A stretch of 39,759 bases of DNA from assembly GCA_041562555.1 (NCBI GenBank), contig JBFEXS010000005.1, positions 1 to 39,759 of the forward strand, given 5' to 3'. Below the pieces are notes generated by a model. The model saw only the letters and a program-made list of their open reading frames with translations, ran no database searches and had not been told where the DNA came from. A program made the position numbers and the translations under genes. Origin of the DNA: Sulfurimonadaceae bacterium (lineage in GTDB: Bacteria; Campylobacterota; Campylobacteria; Campylobacterales; Sulfurimonadaceae). Shown here one piece after another: positions 36,292-39,759 of this stretch. Numbering within the stretch: position 1 is the first letter of the stretch; each line of letters starts with the position of its first letter.

Positions 36292-37655
36292 AACTCAATC
36301 CCTCCATTCTCAAACTTTCCCAGACACTTCTAGATCATAATGCCCGACCTTTTATTGTAGGGGGCTTCGTACGTGATCATTATTTGGGTATTGAGAGCAA
36401 AGATATCGATATAGAAGTCTACGGAATCAGTTCGTTGGATTCCCTCAAATCAGCACTTGAAACCTTGGCACCTGTGCATGAAGTCGGTAAAAGCTTTGGC
36501 GTCCTGAAGATCTCTCTTGATGGATATGATATTGATATCGCCCTTCCGCGTACCGAGATAAAAACCGATAAGGGACATAAGGGCTTTCATATTCAGACCA
36601 ATGGGCATCTGGACTTTACCACTGCTTCAAAACGTAGAGACTTCACGATGAATGCTATCGGTTATGATATAAAGACTGATTTTTTCCTTGATCCCCATGG
36701 AGGAAAAGAGGATATTAAAAAAGGCATTATCCGCCATATTGACGACACGAGTTTTATTGAAGACCCCCTGCGTGTATTACGAGCCGTGCAATTTGCAGCA
36801 CGTTTTAACTTCAAACTAGAAGCTAACACCCTCAAACTTTGCCAGGATATGATTCGTCGACATATGCTCGATGAACTGCCTAAAGAACGTGTGTTTGAAG
36901 AATATAAAAAGCTTTTATTGAAGGCTAACAGGCCCTCACTGGGATTTGAGCTCCTCGATACCATGGGAGCCCTTGACCCTGAGCTAAAAGCCATTCAGGG
37001 AGTTGTACAAAACAAACAATATCATCCTGAAGGCGATGTCTGGACCCATACCATGATGAGTATTGACGCTATGGTAAAACTAAAGACCGGGGATACAAAA
37101 AGAGACCTGATCCTGATGCTTGCTGTCTTGTGTCATGACCTGGGAAAAGCTGAAACGACCCGGATTGTCGATAATAACATAGACTCTATCGGACATGAAA
37201 ATGTGCTTGAACCTACCTATTCTTTACTTTCAAGACTCAGTGATGAAAAACTGTTGTTTGAATCGATCACGCCACTTATAAGAGAACACCTTGTTCCTTC
37301 GCAGCTTTACGCTCAGAACGCAAAAGATGCTGCTGTTCGAAGACTTTCCACCCGTGTCAATATCGAAGATCTTGTACTGGTCAGCAAAGCTGATCATTTT
37401 GGACGTACAACACCGGAAGCAAAAAAAGAGGAGTTTCCTGCAGGAGACTGGCTTTTGACTAAGGCTGGAGAGCTCAAGGTGCATCAATCCAAACCAAACC
37501 CCATTTTACTTGGAAGAGATCTTATTGAAGAAGGAATGAAACCGGGTTCGGAGTTCAAAATAATTTTACAAGAAGCCTATGAGCAACAGCTCGAAGGTCA
37601 TATCACCGACAAAGACTCCGCAATACATTGGTTAAGATCTTACCTCAAATCCTAA
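36288..37655 (+). CDS. cca: CCA tRNA nucleotidyltransferase with HD domain
   Basis: VGGFVRD, DIDIE, RRDFTMNA, EDPLRVLR, HPEGDVWTH, HDLGK. Confidence 0.93.
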   Translation: MKLNPSILKLSQTLLDHNARPFIVGGFVRDHYLGIESKDIDIEVYGISSLDSLKSALETLAPVHEVGKSFGVLKISLDGYDIDIALPRTEIKTDKGHKGFHIQTNGHLDFTTASKRRDFTMNAIGYDIKTDFFLDPHGGKEDIKKGIIRHIDDTSFIEDPLRVLRAVQFAARFNFKLEANTLKLCQDMIRRHMLDELPKERVFEEYKKLLLKANRPSLGFELLDTMGALDPELKAIQGVVQNKQYHPEGDVWTHTMMSIDAMVKLKTGDTKRDLILMLAVLCHDLGKAETTRIVDNNIDSIGHENVLEPTYSLLSRLSDEKLLFESITPLIREHLVPSQLYAQNAKDAAVRRLSTRVNIEDLVLVSKADHFGRTTPEAKKEEFPAGDWLLTKAGELKVHQSKPNPILLGRDLIEEGMKPGSEFKIILQEAYEQQLEGHITDKDSAIHWLRSYLKS

Positions 37656-37658
37656 GGA

Positions 37659-38147
37659 TCATGTACCTTTTTTATCTTTTTTCTCTTGATGAACAGATAG
37701 TATCCAAAGCCAATTGACCAGATAGTAACCGCCAACTGAGAAGATGACTGAATAAAAGAAGGTTCCTACATATAAAGGAACAAAAATATTACCGATATTT
37801 TCCGTGAACCATTCCATGGTCAATTGAATGTCCCCAATCCCTTCTTGCATCAATAAAAAGTTTCCCGTAATATACTCGATATAGTAGATAAAAGGCATCG
37901 TAAAAGGATTGGTTATCCAGACAAGAGAGACCCCAATAGGGACATTGAAACGAAAAAACGGAGCAACAAGAATTACAGCCAGCATTTGCATAGGCATCGG
38001 GATCATCGCTATAAACATCCCTACCAGAATTGCACGCGAGACCATTCGTCTATTAACGCTCAATAGATCTTTTGGGATCTTGTACTTTTTCATAATAGCA
38101 TCGAGTTTAGGGTTTGATCTCTTTTTTTTAAAAACTTTTCGTATCAT
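37659..38147 (-). CDS. DUF2062 membrane protein
   Basis: IPMPMQM, N.PI...WITNPFT motifs. Confidence 0.88.
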   Translation of the reverse strand: MIRKVFKKKRSNPKLDAIMKKYKIPKDLLSVNRRMVSRAILVGMFIAMIPMPMQMLAVILVAPFFRFNVPIGVSLVWITNPFTMPFIYYIEYITGNFLLMQEGIGDIQLTMEWFTENIGNIFVPLYVGTFFYSVIFSVGGYYLVNWLWILSVHQEKKDKKGT

Positions 38148-38270
38148 ATCTACTATTTTTTATTTTTGATAATTATACCCTTTTAGTCCTTTTATCAGCA
38201 GATTTAAACCATAAGTTGCTAAAACTTCATCTTAATGTGACTATATCGCGTGAATTTAAGGGATTAATGC

Positions 38271-38413
38271 GCTTACACCTCGTGGGAGAATCGGTGTAAG
38301 CAATGAATTGGTTTTTAGGGAGAATGTACCTTTTAAACTGATAAAAGGTATCGGCTTTCGCCGAAAATGAATAGAAGAGAAAAGAAGCTTAGGGAAGAAC
38401 TTCTTCTCTTTCT
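38271..38413 (-). ncRNA. Candidate structured small RNA with repeated C/U-rich motifs
   Basis: TATAAT at 38425-38420, predicted start about 38413; four hairpins including a GAAA tetraloop; three UUCU(U)CCC motifs; no credible ORF. Confidence 0.6.
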
Positions 38414-38501
38414 GGGTGTATTATAAAGAGCAATTGTGTGAAGAATGTGTAAGTGTTATGAGATTGATCACTGAATGTCACTTTTTTTCAAATTTAAACG
38501 A

Positions 38502-38894
38502 TCACAGCTTTGTACTGTCAATCTCAACTACCGTGTGCACATTTCCACGGGGATTAAAATCTGCTGTGATCTTCATATATTTGGGTTTTAACTTTTTTTC
38601 CAAAACATCATAGATCTCATTCGCCGTATTTTCATGGGAGATATGTCTGTCTCTAAATGAATTAATATACAGTTTGATGGCTTTTAATTCGACGACATAG
38701 GCATCAGGTGTATACTCTAAATAGATCGTCGCATAGTCAGGGTATCCCGAACGCGGACACAAGCATGAAAACTCCGGAAGGGTCATCTTGATTAAATAGT
38801 TCTTTGAATGTTCGTTCGGCCAAATTTCCAAATCTTTCTCTACATCAAATTCACTGACGATCTTTTCACCATATTTCATATCTATTTCCTTCAT
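38502..38894 (-). CDS. queF: NADPH-dependent preQ0 reductase QueF (short type I)
   Basis: EFSCLCPRSGYPD, VELKAIKLY, SHE, FNPRG. Confidence 0.96.
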   Translation of the reverse strand: MKEIDMKYGEKIVSEFDVEKDLEIWPNEHSKNYLIKMTLPEFSCLCPRSGYPDYATIYLEYTPDAYVVELKAIKLYINSFRDRHISHENTANEIYDVLEKKLKPKYMKITADFNPRGNVHTVVEIDSTKL

Positions 38895-38909
38895 CTATAT
38901 TTTTTGTCT

Positions 38910-39759
38910 CTAGGCCATAGCTTCTTCAAGCTTGTCATACGTAACGATTTTTGAGATAATATTGCCTTGAATATAATCAATCTGCATCTGTTCAAATCTA
39001 TCTTGCAACACCTTTGAGTCTACCATCTTGATCCATGACTTGATCTTCATCTCATTACACAGGTTCACATACGAATGTAATATGGCTCTATAGCTTGCTT
39101 CATCACTATGCTTTGCAAATGACTTGTCAAAGCGAATTATATCCACTTCTAAACGTTTTAAATACTCGATAGAAGCATTAATGGAACCTACATTGTCCAG
39201 AACGAAACGGACGTTTAAAGCTCTGTACTCCTGTAAAAGATCATTATAACGCTTCATATTGGAGTAAACCTCATTCTCGGAAAGAATGATCACCAGACGC
39301 GAAAAATCCAAACTTTCCTTTTCAACCATCTGTTTGAAACGTTCGACAAAACGCCTGTTTCTGAGTACATTTGGGGAGATGTTAAAAGCAAAGGATACAT
39401 GATCGATCTTTTTGCATACCAAAAGGACTTTTTCCAGGAATATCTCATCAAATTCACGTTCGAAACCCAAACGCTTGATCACCGGCATAAAAGCCTTTTG
39501 ATGAATAATGCTTCCGTCTTTTCCCTTCAGTTTGACGCTGACCTGTGCGATCCTTTCATCTGCTTGTATCGGCTGGTACATCAATGAAAAGTCACGGTTT
39601 GCTATTGCATAGCGGATGTTCTCTTCCAGCTCAAAGATTGAGATATCATCCTCGGTAGGTGTCTTGATATTTTCCCCATCTTCCATCTCACTGTCTTTAA
39701 GTTCAAACAACCGTTCAATCAATGAGTTGACATCACTACTTAGACTCTTATCAACGATT
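38910..39759 (-). CDS. C-terminal part of a degenerate EAL-domain protein (5' end beyond the window)
   Basis: YQPI and NISP are present, but EAL is replaced (QVSVKL) and DDFG reads DNVG; the frame is open to the window end. Confidence 0.8.
   Translation of the reverse strand, partial: IVDKSLSSDVNSLIERLFELKDSEMEDGENIKTPTEDDISIFELEENIRYAIANRDFSLMYQPIQADERIAQVSVKLKGKDGSIIHQKAFMPVIKRLGFEREFDEIFLEKVLLVCKKIDHVSFAFNISPNVLRNRRFVERFKQMVEKESLDFSRLVIILSENEVYSNMKRYNDLLQEYRALNVRFVLDNVGSINASIEYLKRLEVDIIRFDKSFAKHSDEASYRAILHSYVNLCNEMKIKSWIKMVDSKVLQDRFEQMQIDYIQGNIISKIVTYDKLEEAMA

Noticed and set aside
38256..38413. + strand reading as a CsrB/RsmZ-like RNA (four GGGA motifs)
   Set aside because: The perfect TATAAT, GAAA tetraloop and G-U pairing favour the minus strand, and I saw no canonical + strand promoter. 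Not fully excluded without strand-specific data.
38416..38613. 65-aa + strand ORF
   Set aside because: Antisense to queF, no RBS, and overlaps the candidate sRNA promoter.
1..39759. CRISPR arrays, IS elements, integrases, tRNA or rRNA genes, defence systems
   Set aside because: By eye, no regularly spaced repeats, transposase or integrase ORFs, cloverleaf or rRNA-like sequence were seen in the intergenic gaps.

Overview
A gene-dense chromosomal window from a Campylobacterota (epsilonproteobacterial) genome. The gene content and protein style look Sulfurovum-like, which is my inference. I saw no rRNA, tRNA, CRISPR array or mobile element. Left to right it holds: a porin and a small DUF2892-like membrane gene; an arsI-arsR-arsC-arsB arsenic operon; a Zn/Mn-type uptake cluster (uORF, His-rich outer-membrane barrel, binding protein, permease); a diguanylate cyclase; a cusCBA-type Cu/Ag efflux operon flanked by two Cys-rich lipoproteins; an EamA transporter; hrpB; a group III truncated globin; a complete pstS / phoU-phoB-phoR / pstCAB locus; a binding protein plus GGDEF-EAL pair; a nitroreductase; cca; and queF. 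Five signals stand out. (1) A secreted CxxC/His-rich uORF ending in RAPP has a 3' end that forms a 14-bp hairpin over the next gene's ribosome-binding site, a candidate metal-responsive ribosome-stalling switch. (2) An unannotated, highly structured ~150-nt candidate sRNA with repeated UUCUCCC motifs lies between DUF2062 and queF. (3) Five promoters share an identical Pho-box/-10 geometry, extending the apparent Pho regulon to the porin and DUF2892 gene. (4) An HvfA-like KCG-repeat lipoprotein is coupled to cusA. (5) Two coupled small helical ORFs were missed by the ORF track. Family assignments are from motif recognition by eye; no database searches were run.
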